Assembly (NCBI GenBank): GCA_943323545.2
Contig: CALPIE020000001.1
Location: forward strand, 4,347 to 68,346
DNA: 64,000 bases
Direction: 5' to 3'
Source: Bifidobacterium breve
Lineage (GTDB): Bacteria > Bacteroidota > Bacteroidia > Flavobacteriales > Flavobacteriaceae
Shown here: in pieces, positions 1 through 11,490 of the stretch
Layout of the letters: each line of letters starts with the position of its first letter
Position numbering within the stretch: position 1 is the first letter of the stretch
Program-made: the position numbers and the translations under genes
The notes under the pieces: model-generated
What the model saw: only the letters and a program-made list of their open reading frames with translations
What the model was told of the DNA's origin: nothing
Database searches by the model: none

Positions 1-72
1 AATGTTATTTAATTAGTTTTATAATTGTTAGATTTTATTTTTTTTTAAATTATGATATTTTAACATTTTCAT

Positions 73-103
73 TTTGTTAATTCATTTATTGGTATTACTT
101 TTG
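73..103 (+). promoter_or_regulatory. Bacteroidota sigma70 promoter (-33 TTTG / -7 TAnnTTTG) of the OmpA gene
   Basis: TTTG at 73-76 and TACTTTTG at 96-103, 19-bp spacer, upstream of ATG 140. Confidence 0.7.
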
Positions 104-139
104 TCCAAATTGTATTTTATAATCTAACAAAAAACAAGT

Positions 140-1555
140 ATGAAACATCTTAACAAATTATTTGCTTTATTGATGCTATTAGGATTAAGTTCACAAGCTC
201 AAGACAGTAACAACAAATGGGCTATTGGGTTTGGTGCAAACGCAGTAGATGGAGCTAGAGTAAGTGCAGCTTCTAAAGTAGAGGACCAGTTTTCTCAATA
301 TTTTGATGCAAGACATTATTGGAATATTGTTCCATCTGTGTCTTATGTAACGGTTTCTAGACACGTTGGTAGTAATTTTTCTTTCGGATTAACAGGATCT
401 GTTAATAAATTATCAAAACTTGTAAGCGAAAGAACCTATGACCCAATAACAAATACTAACGATTATGTTGTTAGTAATCCTGGAGATTTAGCTTATTATT
501 CTCTTGACGGTGCTATTAAATATAGCTTTATGGGCTTACTTAAGTCAAAAGTTATCGACCCTTCTCTTCAAGCAGGTGGAGGTTACACTTGGATTGGTGA
601 TGAAGCTAAAGGTGGAACTGTTAATGCAGGTGTTGGTTTAACACTATGGTTTACTGAACAAGTAGGTCTTTCTTGGGTTTCTAGCTATAAATATTCTTTT
701 GATTCTAGAGAAAATAGTTCTTCTATCCCAACTCATTTACAACATTTTGCTGGTTTAGTTTTCAAATTTGGAGCTAAAGATACTGACGGAGACGGAATAT
801 ATGACAAAGATGATGCATGTCCAGAAGTTGCTGGTTTAAAACAATTTAATGGTTGTCCAGATACTGATGGTGATGGTATTGAAGATAGTAAAGATGGTTG
901 CCCTAATGATGCAGGTACAGTAGAAATGAATGGATGTCCTGATACAGACGGTGACGGTGTTGCTGATAAGGATGATGCTTGTCCAGAAGTTGCTGGTTTA
1001 AAATCTTTTGGTGGATGTCCTGATACAGACGGTGATGGTATTGCTGACAAAAATGATAAATGTCCAGAAGTAAAAGGTCCTAAAGAAAATAATGGTTGTC
1101 CTTATGCTGATAGAGATGGAGATGGAGTTCTTGACAAAGATGACAAATGTCCAGATGTAAAAGGGACAGCAGCTAATAAAGGTTGCCCAGATGTTTCTGA
1201 AGAAGTTGTTAAAAAATTGAATGACTATGCTAAAACTATTTTATTTGATTCAAATAAAGATTCATTCAAACAACAAACATTCCCAGTATTACAAGCAATT
1301 GCTGCAATTTTAAAAGAATATCCAAGTTCTAAATTCAGTATTGAAGGTCATACAGATAGTGATGGTAAAGAAGATTTTAACCAAAAATTATCAGATGCTA
1401 GAGCTAATGCTGTAAAAAAATATTTAATCGAGCAAGGTATTGACGAATTTAGATTGTCTGCATTAGGTTATGGAGAATCTAGACCAATTGATGTTAATAC
1501 TACTGATGCTGGTAAAGCTAACAATAGAAGAGTTGAAGTTAAATTAGTAAAATAA
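140..1555 (+). CDS. OmpA family outer-membrane protein with thrombospondin type-3 (Ca-binding) repeats
   Basis: Signal peptide, beta-barrel-like N-terminus, repeated DTDGDGxxDxxDxCP units, C-terminal OmpA domain (IEGHTDS...NRRVE). Confidence 0.95.
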   Translation: MKHLNKLFALLMLLGLSSQAQDSNNKWAIGFGANAVDGARVSAASKVEDQFSQYFDARHYWNIVPSVSYVTVSRHVGSNFSFGLTGSVNKLSKLVSERTYDPITNTNDYVVSNPGDLAYYSLDGAIKYSFMGLLKSKVIDPSLQAGGGYTWIGDEAKGGTVNAGVGLTLWFTEQVGLSWVSSYKYSFDSRENSSSIPTHLQHFAGLVFKFGAKDTDGDGIYDKDDACPEVAGLKQFNGCPDTDGDGIEDSKDGCPNDAGTVEMNGCPDTDGDGVADKDDACPEVAGLKSFGGCPDTDGDGIADKNDKCPEVKGPKENNGCPYADRDGDGVLDKDDKCPDVKGTAANKGCPDVSEEVVKKLNDYAKTILFDSNKDSFKQQTFPVLQAIAAILKEYPSSKFSIEGHTDSDGKEDFNQKLSDARANAVKKYLIEQGIDEFRLSALGYGESRPIDVNTTDAGKANNRRVEVKLVK

Positions 1556-1576
1556 TTTATTCTAAATAATTTTAAG

Positions 1577-1606
1577 AAACGCCTCGATTTATCGGGGCGT
1601 TTTTTT
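1577..1606 (+). terminator. Rho-independent terminator
   Basis: AAACGCCTCGA-ttta-TCGGGGCGTTT stem followed by a T run. Confidence 0.85.
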
Positions 1607-1617
1607 ATTTTTATAAA

Positions 1618-4374
1618 ATGGTAAATAGAACTTTTATTGAGCAAATTGCAAGTGTACTTTTATTAGACTATTCTAATAAATTAACTAATACCATAATTGT
1701 ACTTCCCAATAGAAGAGCAAAAGTTTTTCTTATAGAATCGCTTAAAAAGCAAACCACTAAAACCATTTTCTCTCCCGAAATAATAAGTATCGAAGATTTT
1801 ATCCAAGACATTGCAGGTATAAGAACTATTGATTCTGTAGAATTATTATTTGAATTCTATACTGTTTATTTAAAAATCACAGACAAGAATCCTGAAACAT
1901 TTGATTCTTTTGCAAATTGGGCAAAAACACTTTTACAAGATTTTAATGAAATAGACAGATACTTAATAGATTCAGATAAAATACTTAGCTATTTAGAAAA
2001 TATTAAAGAGATCGAACATTGGTCATTAGATTTAAACAACCGTACGGAATTAATTGATAAATATTTAATCTTTTGGAAAAAATTACCACTTTATTATAAT
2101 TCACTTTATAATTATTTACTTGAAAAAGGTATTGGATATCAAGGTTTAATATACAGAGAAGCAGATAAAAATATAAGTCATTTTGTAGAAGCCAATAAAA
2201 ACACAAAATTTGTTTTCGCTGGATTCAATGCCTTAAATAAAGCAGAAGAAAAAATCATTCAACATTTTTTAGCAATTGATAAAGCCAAAATATATTGGGA
2301 TATTGATGAAACTTTCTTAAACGATTCCTATCACGATACTGGTTTATTCCAAAGGCGATATAAGTCAACATGGCCTTATTATAAAACCAATCCATATGAA
2401 TGGATTACAACCGATTTTCAACAAGAAAAAAACATTAAGGTAATTGGTACACCAAAATCAATAGGGCAAGCAAAAATTGTTGGTGATATTGTTAAAAAAT
2501 ATAGTAACGACAAAAACGGGGAACTTCATAATGTAGCGATTGTTTTAGGGGAAGAAAGTTTATTATTGCCAATTCTTTATTCTTTACCAAACAATGTTGA
2601 TTCAGTAAACATTACAATGGGATTTTCTAGCAAGAACAATCCCGCTCAATTGCTAGTGTCAAAATTGTTTAAAATGCACACTAATGCATTGTCAAGGAGC
2701 GCAAATAGTTATGTTTTTTATTACAAAGATGTTTTAGATATTTTAACACATCCATTAATTGAATCTTTTGTTTTTGCAAATGATTTGGTAAATCTAATTA
2801 ATCAAAACAATTATACCTTCTTTCCACATAAAAAAATAGAAGAGTTGCATCCTAATGGCAACTCCCTTTTTCAATTGCTTTTTCAAAAGTGGAATTCTGA
2901 TTCAGTTACTATCCTTGAGAATTTATCACAGATTTTAGTGATAATTAAAGACAATTTGAGTCGGGATAACGAAGAAGAAAAAATAACTAATGCCTTTGTT
3001 TACTCAATTTTTAAAGTGATTAATCAGATGATTTCTTATTTTTCTTCTCATCAAAACATAAACAATATCGACACACTGCACGCCATTTATAAACAAGTAA
3101 TTGATGTTGCCGAAGTTTCTTTTGAAGGTGAGCCTTTAAACGGATTACAAATCATGGGTGTTTTAGAAAGCCGAGTACTTGACTTTGAAACGGTAATTAT
3201 TACTTCTGTAAATGAAGGTAAGTTTCCTTCAGGGAAAAGTATCAATTCTTTCATTCCTTATGACGTTAAAAAGGAATATGGTTTGCCTACAATTAAAGAA
3301 AAAGACGCCATTTATTCGTATCATTTTTATCATTTATTACAACGCGCTAAAAATGTTTATTTACTATATAATTCAGATAGTGAAGGTTTAGACGCTGGAG
3401 AAAAAAGTAGATTTATCACCCAATTGGAAGTCGAAAAACAGTTCAAACACAAAGTGTCTTTTCAAATTTACAATGCCGATGTGCCGGAAATAGCAAGTGA
3501 GCCAAAACGCATTCCTAAAACAGAAAATGTAATGCAAAGACTTGCAACCATTGCTGAGAAAGGATTTTCACCTTCTTCATTAACCACCTATATTAGAAAT
3601 CCTATTCAGTTTTATTTTCAACGCATCTTGCGTATTTCTGAAACCGATGAGGTAGAAGAAGACGTTGCCATAAACACACTAGGAACAATCATTCACAAAG
3701 TTTTAGAAGAATTGTACCAACCATTTATTGGAAGAATACTTACTGTTGAAGACATTCAGGTATGTTTCAATAAAATCGACACCGAAGTAATCAAACAATT
3801 CAAAGAAATATACAAAGAAGGGGAAATTAAAAAAGGAAGAAATTTGTTGGCATTTGAAGTCGCCAAACGCAACATTTACAATTTTTTAAAATTAGAATTG
3901 GAAGCGCTTAAAAATGGTGATGTAGTTCAGATTATTGCTTTAGAAAAACAGTTGGAACGACTTTTAGAACATCCAAAATTACCATTTCCGGTAAAAATTG
4001 CAGGAAATGTAGATCGAATTGAATTGCGTGATGGAAGCATCCGAATCATCGATTATAAAACAGGTAAAGTAGAAAAATCAAACGTAACTTTAAAACAATG
4101 GTACGGATTAACTTCCGACATTAAAAACGACAAAATAATACAAATATTAGCCTATGCTTTTATGTACGAACCTCATGCTAAAGGACAAGAAATGAAAGCT
4201 GGAGTTATCTCTTTTAAAAACCTAAAATCCGGATTTTTGCCATTTAGTTTTAAAGAAGATAAAGAAGTTATTGAGGTTATTTCTCCTGAAATAATGCAGC
4301 AATACCTAGAAGAAATAGTTGTTTTACTAAATGAAATTTTAGATGTAACCGTTCCTTTTGAAGAGAAAACTTAA
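1618..4374 (+). CDS. AddB-like protein with C-terminal PD-(D/E)XK nuclease domain
   Basis: N-terminal VLPNRRA motif, SPSSLTTY, GxVDRIE...IIDYKTG nuclease motifs. Confidence 0.85.
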   Translation: MVNRTFIEQIASVLLLDYSNKLTNTIIVLPNRRAKVFLIESLKKQTTKTIFSPEIISIEDFIQDIAGIRTIDSVELLFEFYTVYLKITDKNPETFDSFANWAKTLLQDFNEIDRYLIDSDKILSYLENIKEIEHWSLDLNNRTELIDKYLIFWKKLPLYYNSLYNYLLEKGIGYQGLIYREADKNISHFVEANKNTKFVFAGFNALNKAEEKIIQHFLAIDKAKIYWDIDETFLNDSYHDTGLFQRRYKSTWPYYKTNPYEWITTDFQQEKNIKVIGTPKSIGQAKIVGDIVKKYSNDKNGELHNVAIVLGEESLLLPILYSLPNNVDSVNITMGFSSKNNPAQLLVSKLFKMHTNALSRSANSYVFYYKDVLDILTHPLIESFVFANDLVNLINQNNYTFFPHKKIEELHPNGNSLFQLLFQKWNSDSVTILENLSQILVIIKDNLSRDNEEEKITNAFVYSIFKVINQMISYFSSHQNINNIDTLHAIYKQVIDVAEVSFEGEPLNGLQIMGVLESRVLDFETVIITSVNEGKFPSGKSINSFIPYDVKKEYGLPTIKEKDAIYSYHFYHLLQRAKNVYLLYNSDSEGLDAGEKSRFITQLEVEKQFKHKVSFQIYNADVPEIASEPKRIPKTENVMQRLATIAEKGFSPSSLTTYIRNPIQFYFQRILRISETDEVEEDVAINTLGTIIHKVLEELYQPFIGRILTVEDIQVCFNKIDTEVIKQFKEIYKEGEIKKGRNLLAFEVAKRNIYNFLKLELEALKNGDVVQIIALEKQLERLLEHPKLPFPVKIAGNVDRIELRDGSIRIIDYKTGKVEKSNVTLKQWYGLTSDIKNDKIIQILAYAFMYEPHAKGQEMKAGVISFKNLKSGFLPFSFKEDKEVIEVISPEIMQQYLEEIVVLLNEILDVTVPFEEKT

Positions 4375-4456
4375 CCGCAAAGAGTGCAAATAAAAAAGGC
4401 AAGGTTCGCTAAGTTTTTTCTTGCGAACCATGCGTAAAGCCTTTCGCACTTTGTGC
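4375..4456. repeat. Imperfect palindromic intergenic element (CGCAAAG/CTTTGCG-like units), probably a bidirectional terminator
   Basis: GCAAAGAGTGC...GGTTCGCTAAG/CTTGCGAACC...GCACTTTGTGC between convergent genes. Confidence 0.5.
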
Positions 4457-5239
4457 TCAAATTTTTTTCAAATAATCCAACATCACTTTTAACAACTTCT
4501 TTTCATTTTCAATGTGGCTCATGTGTCCGTCTTCAAAAGTCACGAGTTGTACTTTGGTTCCAATTATTTGTTCGAGATTATCTTCATATTTCAAAACACC
4601 ATCATTTTTCCCAAGAATTAACAAAATAGGAAAAGGCGCAAAGTGCAAAATAACTTCACGGTCTTTGCGGATTTTCATTCCTTCCAAAGCGGCAACGATG
4701 CCTTGTAAAGGTGTTTTTAAAGCCTCCAGTTTCACGTTTTCTATTTCTTTGACCAAACGCTCCCGATTGTCCTCACTAAACAGATTGGCAATCGATATGC
4801 GCACGAAAGTTTCATAATTTTGTTTCACTGCTTTTATTGCCCGGTTCCGATTGATTTTTCGTTCATGACTATCCGCTTTTGCGGTCGAGTTCAACAGCAC
4901 CAATCCTTTCATCACTTCTGGATACAATTCGGCAATGGCTAAGGCCACATATCCGCCCATCGAATGCCCAACAAAAACTGCTTTTCTGATTTTTAAATCG
5001 TGCAAAACGGCATGAACCATATCGGCTTGGTCTTCCATAGTGTGAACGTAACCCAAACATTCAGTCTGCCCATGTCCCAATAAATCAATTGTAATTATTC
5101 TATATTTCTTTGAAAGTTCAGGAATAAAAGCAGTCCACATTTCTTTGTTTTCCAAATAACCGTGAAGTAACACTAAAGCAGCTCCCTTTCCATAATCAGA
5201 ATAGGAGATTTTTGTGTTTTTGAAGGTTGTGGTTTTCAT
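4457..5239 (-). CDS. Alpha/beta fold hydrolase
   Basis: LLHGY, GHSMGG nucleophile elbow, C-terminal GH; ATG 5239 preferred because a TATTTTTG box lies just upstream. Confidence 0.9.
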   Translation of the reverse strand: MKTTTFKNTKISYSDYGKGAALVLLHGYLENKEMWTAFIPELSKKYRIITIDLLGHGQTECLGYVHTMEDQADMVHAVLHDLKIRKAVFVGHSMGGYVALAIAELYPEVMKGLVLLNSTAKADSHERKINRNRAIKAVKQNYETFVRISIANLFSEDNRERLVKEIENVKLEALKTPLQGIVAALEGMKIRKDREVILHFAPFPILLILGKNDGVLKYEDNLEQIIGTKVQLVTFEDGHMSHIENEKKLLKVMLDYLKKI

Positions 5240-5292
5240 AATTGCAAAAATAGATTTTAACCACCAAAGCACGAATTTTTTATCATTCTTTT

Positions 5293-5393
5293 TGTCATTT
5301 CGAGGCACGAGAAATCACATAATAACTTCAACTGCTTGATGAGATTGCTTTGCCAGTTCGCTATTGCTCGTGTCCTCATACTTCGGAATGACA
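5293..5393. repeat. REP-like palindromic element (GTCATTTCGAGG...GAGAAATC / GAGATT...CGGAATGAC)
   Basis: Terminal inverted repeats TGTCATTTCGA / TCGGAATGACA with an internal AATC/GATT stem. Confidence 0.65.
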
Positions 5394-5404
5394 AAACTAT
5401 GCAT

Positions 5405-5432
5405 AAAAAAACGGCTCACTAACGTAAACCGT
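5405..5432 (-). terminator. Terminator of pepP
   Basis: Minus strand reads ACGGTTTAC-gtta-GTGAGCCGT followed by a T run. Confidence 0.7.
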
Positions 5433-5433
5433 C

Positions 5434-5475
5434 TATTATCTATATTCTATTATCTTTTCTCTTTGTTCTATTCTC
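5434..5475 (-). repeat. Degenerate heptamer tandem array (6 units, GAnnAwA on minus strand)
   Basis: TATTATC TATATTC TATTATC TTTTCTC TTTGTTC TATTCTC directly after the pepP stop. Confidence 0.7.
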
Positions 5476-5478
5476 TCC

Positions 5479-6771
5479 CTAAGAATTCATTATCGATTCA
5501 ATTTCCTCAACTTCAATCGGGATGTTACGCATCAAATTAAAAGCGGCTCCTTTTTCCTGAATGACCATATTGTCTTCAATACGAATTCCGAATCCTTCTG
5601 CCGGAATATAAATACCTGGTTCAACTGTAAATACCATATTTGCTTGCATGGCTTCGTGCAACAATCCGTAATCGTGGGTGTCCAATCCCATGTGGTGCGA
5701 GGTTCCGTGCATGAAATATTTTTTATAGGCTGGCCAATCCGGATTTTCATTTTGAACATCGGCTTTGTCAATCAATCCCAAACCAAGTAATTCGGAAGTC
5801 ATTATTTTCCCAACTTCCACATGATATTGTTTCCAAAAAGTTCCCGGAACTAGCATTTTTGTAGCTTCATTTTTCACTCTTAAAACGGCATTGTATACTT
5901 CTTTTTGTCGGTCAGAAAAACGTCCCGAAACAGGAACCATACGCGTCATATCACTAGAATAGTTGGCATATTCTGCTCCAACATCCAATAAAATTAAATC
6001 GCCCGCTTTACATTGCTGGTTGTTTTCAATGTAATGCAACACATTGGCGTTATTCCCAGAGGCAATAATCGGCGTGTAAGCAAAACCTTTCGAACGATTG
6101 CGTAAAAATTCATGTGCGAATTCGGCTTCAATTTCGTATTCCATTATGTTGGGTTTAACGAAATTCAATACACGGCGATATCCTTTCTCAGTGATATCAC
6201 AGGCGGTCTGAATTAAATCGAGTTCTTCACTTTCTTTAATCGAACGAATGCGTTGCAAAATAGGATTCGATTTTTCGACTTTATGAGCTGGGTAATTTGC
6301 TGCCCACCATTTGATAAAACGCGCTTCACGGGTTTCGGTTTCGATACTGGCTCTGTAATGTTCGTTGGTATTGATGTACATTGTATCGGCATAAGCCATT
6401 ACTTCTTTCAAAGTTTTATGAAAATCTTGCAACCAAATCACCGTTTTTACACCCGATACTTCAAAAGCACGATCTTTTGTTAATTTTTCACCTTCCCAAA
6501 TGGCAATGTGTTCGTTGGTTTCTTTTAGGAATAGAATCTCTTTCAAATTCTCATACGGTGCATCTGGAAAAAGCAATAGAATACTTTCTTCCTGATCAAC
6601 ACCAGATAAATATAAGATATCACGATGTTGCGCAAAAGGCAACGTACTGTCGGCACTTACAGGATAAATATCATTCGAATTAAAAACAGCAACACTATTT
6701 GGTTTCATTTGCGAAGTAAATTTCGCTCTGTTTTTAATATATAAATTGCGGTCTATTTGGTGGTATTTCAT
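5479..6771 (-). CDS. pepP: Xaa-Pro aminopeptidase (M24B)
   Basis: AMP_N domain; metal ligands in LLDVGAE, SDMTR, HGTSHHMGLDTHD, TVEPG, RIEDN. Confidence 0.92.
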   Translation of the reverse strand: MKYHQIDRNLYIKNRAKFTSQMKPNSVAVFNSNDIYPVSADSTLPFAQHRDILYLSGVDQEESILLLFPDAPYENLKEILFLKETNEHIAIWEGEKLTKDRAFEVSGVKTVIWLQDFHKTLKEVMAYADTMYINTNEHYRASIETETREARFIKWWAANYPAHKVEKSNPILQRIRSIKESEELDLIQTACDITEKGYRRVLNFVKPNIMEYEIEAEFAHEFLRNRSKGFAYTPIIASGNNANVLHYIENNQQCKAGDLILLDVGAEYANYSSDMTRMVPVSGRFSDRQKEVYNAVLRVKNEATKMLVPGTFWKQYHVEVGKIMTSELLGLGLIDKADVQNENPDWPAYKKYFMHGTSHHMGLDTHDYGLLHEAMQANMVFTVEPGIYIPAEGFGIRIEDNMVIQEKGAAFNLMRNIPIEVEEIESIMNS

Positions 6772-6886
6772 AAAAATTATATTTTGTAGTTTCAAAAATA
6801 CTAAGAATCTATAGAAATGTAGTTAATAGCCTTATAAATTTTGATGAAATCTTAAAAAAGGACTATTTTTATAAAAATTTTCAATT

Positions 6887-7738
6887 ATGAAAGCAAAATT
6901 GCCGCTAGTTCTGTTTCTTTTTTCATTACTTATTCAAGCTCAAGATAAAAAAGCCTATCAACTTTTTGACAAAAACGGAAAAAAGACAACTTATAAAAAA
7001 TTATTAAAATCTGCCTTAAAAACCGAAGTGCTTTTATTTGGAGAATTCCATAATAATACTATTTGCCATTGGTTAGAATTGGAAGTGACTAAAGATATCG
7101 CCAATCAAAAAGCAGTTGTGCTTGGCGCCGAAATGATTGAAGCAGACAATCAAAAGCAATTGAACCAATATTTAAACGATGAAATAAACCAAAAAAAATT
7201 AGATTCAACTGCGCGATTGTGGCCCAATTATAAAACTGATTACAAACCTTTGGTTGATTTTGCAAAAGAAAATAAATTGCAATTTATAGCAACTAATATT
7301 CCAAGACGCTATGCTTCAATGGTTTCAAAAAAGGGATTTGAAGTACTTGAAACACTTACTACGGAAGAAAAATCTTGGATAGCACCACAACCTTTTCCAT
7401 ACGACGCTACTTTACCAGGTTATGTAGAAATGATGAAAATGATGGGAGATCATACTTCACCAAACATGCCTAAAGCACAAGCAAGTAAAGACGCAACCAT
7501 GGCCTATTTTATTAATAAAAATTTAAAACCCAATTCTGTTTTTATTCATTACAATGGAAGTTTTCATTCAGACAACTTTGACGGAATCAATTGGTATTTA
7601 AGATCCTATCATCCGAATATAAAAATCACAACCATTTCTTCAGTCGAGCAAAAAGATATTTCAAAATTAGAAAAAGAGCATTACAATAAAGCAGATTATA
7701 TTCTCGTTATAGATGAAGATGTAACAAAGACCTATTAA
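6887..7738 (+). CDS. ChaN-family (haem-uptake/iron-regulated) exported protein
   Basis: FGEFHNN, GAEMIE, Q..KDATMA and HYNGSFHS motifs; signal peptide. Confidence 0.8.
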   Translation: MKAKLPLVLFLFSLLIQAQDKKAYQLFDKNGKKTTYKKLLKSALKTEVLLFGEFHNNTICHWLELEVTKDIANQKAVVLGAEMIEADNQKQLNQYLNDEINQKKLDSTARLWPNYKTDYKPLVDFAKENKLQFIATNIPRRYASMVSKKGFEVLETLTTEEKSWIAPQPFPYDATLPGYVEMMKMMGDHTSPNMPKAQASKDATMAYFINKNLKPNSVFIHYNGSFHSDNFDGINWYLRSYHPNIKITTISSVEQKDISKLEKEHYNKADYILVIDEDVTKTY

Positions 7739-7771
7739 GTTAGTCTTACTAAGGCAATAATCTCAAAGTTT

Positions 7772-8644
7772 ATGAAAAAGATATTTTTAATTGTAACACT
7801 AACGATAATAGGGATCTCCTTTTTTTCTTGTGATAATAATGATGATATGGCTTCAGAGCCAATGTTGATAATAAAATTTAAATTTAATCCTACTCAAATT
7901 CGTTTGAATAATTTAGGACAGCCATCAACAGTTTTACCAGGAAATGCAGCTCAAACGCCAATTTTTAATACTATTTCGGCTCATTATATAGAGTTTGCTC
8001 CCAATGCATTTACTCAATTAGGACAAGGTACAATTGTTTATCATGCACCTGAAACTACTCTTGGCGGAAGTTCGGCAATCGATTTTAGTCAATCAAAAAT
8101 TGTTGCACAAGACGAATCCTTTTTAGAAATTCCTTTAAGTCAATTGGCAACTGGCAACTATGAATGGTTGCGCGTTTCGTTGTCTTATCAAAATTATCAG
8201 ATTAATTTACGTAACTCAGGGGTTGATTATGCTGGTACATTTGCTAGTTTTGTAGGCTTTAACACTTATATTGGGAATCACTCAATAGGGAACAACTTTT
8301 TTAATGTTAATGCAAACCGATCACAAGGTTATTGGGCCTTTGCATTAAATGATTTTCCCTATTCTTCATCTGGACAAGCACCTGCAAACGCCACTACAGT
8401 TCCTAATCCAATAGCGACAACTTCTCCAATTCCGGCAGGATCATGTGTGGTTACAGGACAATTCACTACTCCTTTAACGATTACTGGAAATGAAACCAAA
8501 AATGTTGTCGTAACGCTTTCACTTTCTATAAATAATAGTTTTGAATGGCACGAAATTACTACCGATGGGAAATACGAACCAGCAATTGGAGAGAATGTAG
8601 TTGACATGGGATTAAGAGGCTTAATCCCTACATTTGTAAAATAA
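7772..8644 (+). CDS. Hypothetical lipoprotein
   Basis: Lipobox FFSC followed by acidic DNNDD; beta-rich sequence. Confidence 0.75.
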   Translation: MKKIFLIVTLTIIGISFFSCDNNDDMASEPMLIIKFKFNPTQIRLNNLGQPSTVLPGNAAQTPIFNTISAHYIEFAPNAFTQLGQGTIVYHAPETTLGGSSAIDFSQSKIVAQDESFLEIPLSQLATGNYEWLRVSLSYQNYQINLRNSGVDYAGTFASFVGFNTYIGNHSIGNNFFNVNANRSQGYWAFALNDFPYSSSGQAPANATTVPNPIATTSPIPAGSCVVTGQFTTPLTITGNETKNVVVTLSLSINNSFEWHEITTDGKYEPAIGENVVDMGLRGLIPTFVK

Positions 8645-8744
8645 TAAAAGCATATTTTTCCAATTACAATTCAACAATTGTTAAACTCACTTTAAATTCA
8701 TTATAAATTACAACGAAAAGGTTGTAGTTAATTGCAAATAGCCT

Positions 8745-8752
8745 TATTTTTG
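8745..8752 (+). promoter_or_regulatory. -7 box of the sdhCAB promoter
   Basis: TATTTTTG about 30 bp upstream of the sdhC ATG. Confidence 0.55.
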
Positions 8753-8781
8753 TTTGATTTTTTAATAAATTTTACTCAATT

Positions 8782-9447
8782 ATGGCAGAATCTTCAATGT
8801 TAAAGTCTTCTATTGCTAAAAAAGTAGCTATGGCACTTTCTGGACTTTTCTTAATTACCTTCTTATCACTTCATTTTTTTATAAATCTCATTTCAGTAAT
8901 CGACCAAGACACATTTAATGAATTTTCTCATTTTATGGGAAATAATGGATTGATACAATTTGTAATGCAACCAGTTTTAATAATCGGAGTGGTTTTTCAC
9001 TTTGTAATGGGATTTGTATTAGAATTAAAAAATAGAAGCGCTCGTCCAATTTCGTATGCCAAATACAATGGTGCAGCAAATTCTTCTTGGGCTTCAAGAA
9101 ACATGATTATTTCAGGTTTGGTAGTTTTGGCTTTTTTAGGATTGCATTTTTATGACTTTTGGATTCCAGAAATGGTTTACAAATATGTAGATGTAAATCC
9201 GATAGACGAAACACGTTATTTCACTGAGTTAGTACATAAATTTGAAAGTCCTGTTCGTACTGGTTTGTATTGTTTGTCATTTTTACTTTTGTCACTACAC
9301 TTATGGCACGGTTTCAATTCGTCTTTCCAATCGGTTGGATTCAATAATAAATTTTCAAAATCTTTACACAAATTAGGATATGCGTTTGCAATAGTAGTTC
9401 CTTTTGGATTCATTTTTATTGCATTATTTCATCATTTTAATCATTAA
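8782..9447 (+). CDS. sdhC: Succinate dehydrogenase/fumarate reductase cytochrome b subunit
   Basis: Five TM helices with haem-ligand His residues; first gene of the operon. Confidence 0.93.
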   Translation: MAESSMLKSSIAKKVAMALSGLFLITFLSLHFFINLISVIDQDTFNEFSHFMGNNGLIQFVMQPVLIIGVVFHFVMGFVLELKNRSARPISYAKYNGAANSSWASRNMIISGLVVLAFLGLHFYDFWIPEMVYKYVDVNPIDETRYFTELVHKFESPVRTGLYCLSFLLLSLHLWHGFNSSFQSVGFNNKFSKSLHKLGYAFAIVVPFGFIFIALFHHFNH

Positions 9448-9453
9448 TATCAT

Positions 9454-11463
9454 ATGAAATTAGATTCTAAAATACCAGAAGGTAACATTTCTGACAAATG
9501 GACCGATTATAAAGACCATTTAAAGTTAGTAGCGCCAAATAATCGTCCAAAAATTGATATTATTGTTGTTGGAACGGGCTTAGCTGGCGCGTCGGCTGCC
9601 GCTTCTCTTGGTGAAATGGGCTACAATGTAAAAACATTTTGTTTTCAAGATTCGCCGCGTCGTGCTCATTCTATAGCTGCTCAAGGCGGAATCAACGCTG
9701 CAAAAAATTACCAAAATGATGGAGATAGTACATTTCGTTTGTTTTATGATACCATAAAAGGGGGCGATTATAGAGCACGTGAAGCTAATGTGCATCGCTT
9801 AGCAGAAGTTTCATCAAATATCATCGATCAATGTGTAGCACAAGGAGTCCCTTTTGCTCGTGATTATGGGGGATTATTAGATAATAGATCATTTGGAGGA
9901 ACTCAAGTTCAACGTACATTTTATGCCGCTGGACAAACAGGTCAACAATTATTATTAGGTGCTTATTCTGCTTTATCAAGACAAATTGGTTTAGGACATG
10001 TAAAAATGTATAACCGTCACGAAATGCTCGAATTAGTAAAAGTTGATGGAAAGGCACGCGGAATTATAGCACGTAATTTAGTTACCGGTGAATTAGAAAG
10101 ACATTCTGCTCATGCTGTTGTAATTGCAACGGGGGGTTATGGAAATGTATATTTTCTCTCTACAAACGCCATGGGAAGTAATGTTACAGCAGGTTGGAAA
10201 ATACACAAACAAGGTGCTTTATTTGCCAATCCTTGTTTTGTTCAAATTCATCCAACGTGTATTCCAGTTCATGGAACCAATCAAGCAAAATTGACTTTAA
10301 TGTCAGAGTCTTTAAGAAATTCTGGACGTATTTGGGTGCCTAAGAAAAAAGAAGATGCACAAGCCATTCGTGAAGGAAAATTAAAACCAACTCAATTAGC
10401 AGAAGAAGATAGAGATTACTTTTTAGAAAGAAAATATCCTGCATTTGGAAATTTAGTACCGCGTGATATCGCATCCAGAGCAGCAAAAGAAATGTGCGAT
10501 CAAGGTCACGGAATAGAGGCAAACGACACCAATGAAGGCGTTTATTTAGATTTTGCAACAGAAGTTCAAACCAAAGGAAAACAAGCTGCTTATGCTAAAG
10601 GAAATCACAATCCTTCAGACGCTGAAATAACTGCTTTAGGAAAGCAATGGCTGGAAGAAAAATACGGTAATTTGTTTACTATGTATCAAAAAATTACTGA
10701 TGAAAATCCCTATGAAACACCAATGAAAATATACCCAGCTGTGCATTATACTATGGGAGGTGTTTGGGTTGATTACAATTTACAATCTACAATCCCAGGA
10801 TGTTTTGTTGCTGGAGAAGCCAATTTTTCTGATCACGGAGCAAATCGTCTAGGAGCTTCAGCTTTAATGCAAGGATTGGCCGATGGCTATTTCGTATTGC
10901 CTTATACAATTTCTAATTACTTAGCAGACGAAATCCGAACCGGAAAAATTGCCACCGATACAGCCGAATTTATCGATGCAGAAAGACGCGTGCAAGAAAC
11001 TATAGATACTTTTATTAAAAACAAAGGATCTAAAACAGTCGATCATTTTCACAAACGATTAGGATTGATTATGTGGAATAAAGTCGGAATGGGCAGAAAT
11101 GAAGCCGGCTTAAAAGAAGCGATTACTGAAATTGCAGCTTTAAAAGAAGAATTTTATAAAGAAGTTTACGTTCCTGGAAGCGCCGACGAATTAAATCCCG
11201 AATTAGAAAAAGCGCTGCGCGTTGCTGATTTTATCGATTTAGGACAGCTAATGGCAAGAGATGCTTTACAAAGAAACGAATCATGCGGAGGTCACTTCCG
11301 TGAAGAATACCAAGATAGTGAAGGAGAAACATTACGAGATGATGAAAATTTCTCTTTTGTAGGTGCTTGGGAATACAAAGGGAACGATATTAACCAATCA
11401 GAACTTCATAAAGAACAATTGAAATACGAGTTTATTAAAATTGCAGCTCGTAATTATAAGTAA
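9454..11463 (+). CDS. sdhA: Succinate dehydrogenase/fumarate reductase flavoprotein subunit
   Basis: GTGLAG FAD motif, [21 protein letters not shown]. Confidence 0.97.
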   Translation: MKLDSKIPEGNISDKWTDYKDHLKLVAPNNRPKIDIIVVGTGLAGASAAASLGEMGYNVKTFCFQDSPRRAHSIAAQGGINAAKNYQNDGDSTFRLFYDTIKGGDYRAREANVHRLAEVSSNIIDQCVAQGVPFARDYGGLLDNRSFGGTQVQRTFYAAGQTGQQLLLGAYSALSRQIGLGHVKMYNRHEMLELVKVDGKARGIIARNLVTGELERHSAHAVVIATGGYGNVYFLSTNAMGSNVTAGWKIHKQGALFANPCFVQIHPTCIPVHGTNQAKLTLMSESLRNSGRIWVPKKKEDAQAIREGKLKPTQLAEEDRDYFLERKYPAFGNLVPRDIASRAAKEMCDQGHGIEANDTNEGVYLDFATEVQTKGKQAAYAKGNHNPSDAEITALGKQWLEEKYGNLFTMYQKITDENPYETPMKIYPAVHYTMGGVWVDYNLQSTIPGCFVAGEANFSDHGANRLGASALMQGLADGYFVLPYTISNYLADEIRTGKIATDTAEFIDAERRVQETIDTFIKNKGSKTVDHFHKRLGLIMWNKVGMGRNEAGLKEAITEIAALKEEFYKEVYVPGSADELNPELEKALRVADFIDLGQLMARDALQRNESCGGHFREEYQDSEGETLRDDENFSFVGAWEYKGNDINQSELHKEQLKYEFIKIAARNYK

Positions 11464-11490
11464 TTAGGCAATAGCCAAGAGGCAATAGCA
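11464..11490 (+). repeat. Heptamer array A (left flank of the four-helix-bundle gene)
   Basis: TTAGGCA ATAGCCA AGAGGCA ATAGCA. Confidence 0.75.

Noticed and set aside
775-1190. Repeats in the OmpA gene and the antisense ORF 733-1050
   Set aside because: Ordinary TSP3 Ca-binding repeats; the antisense ORF is their shadow.
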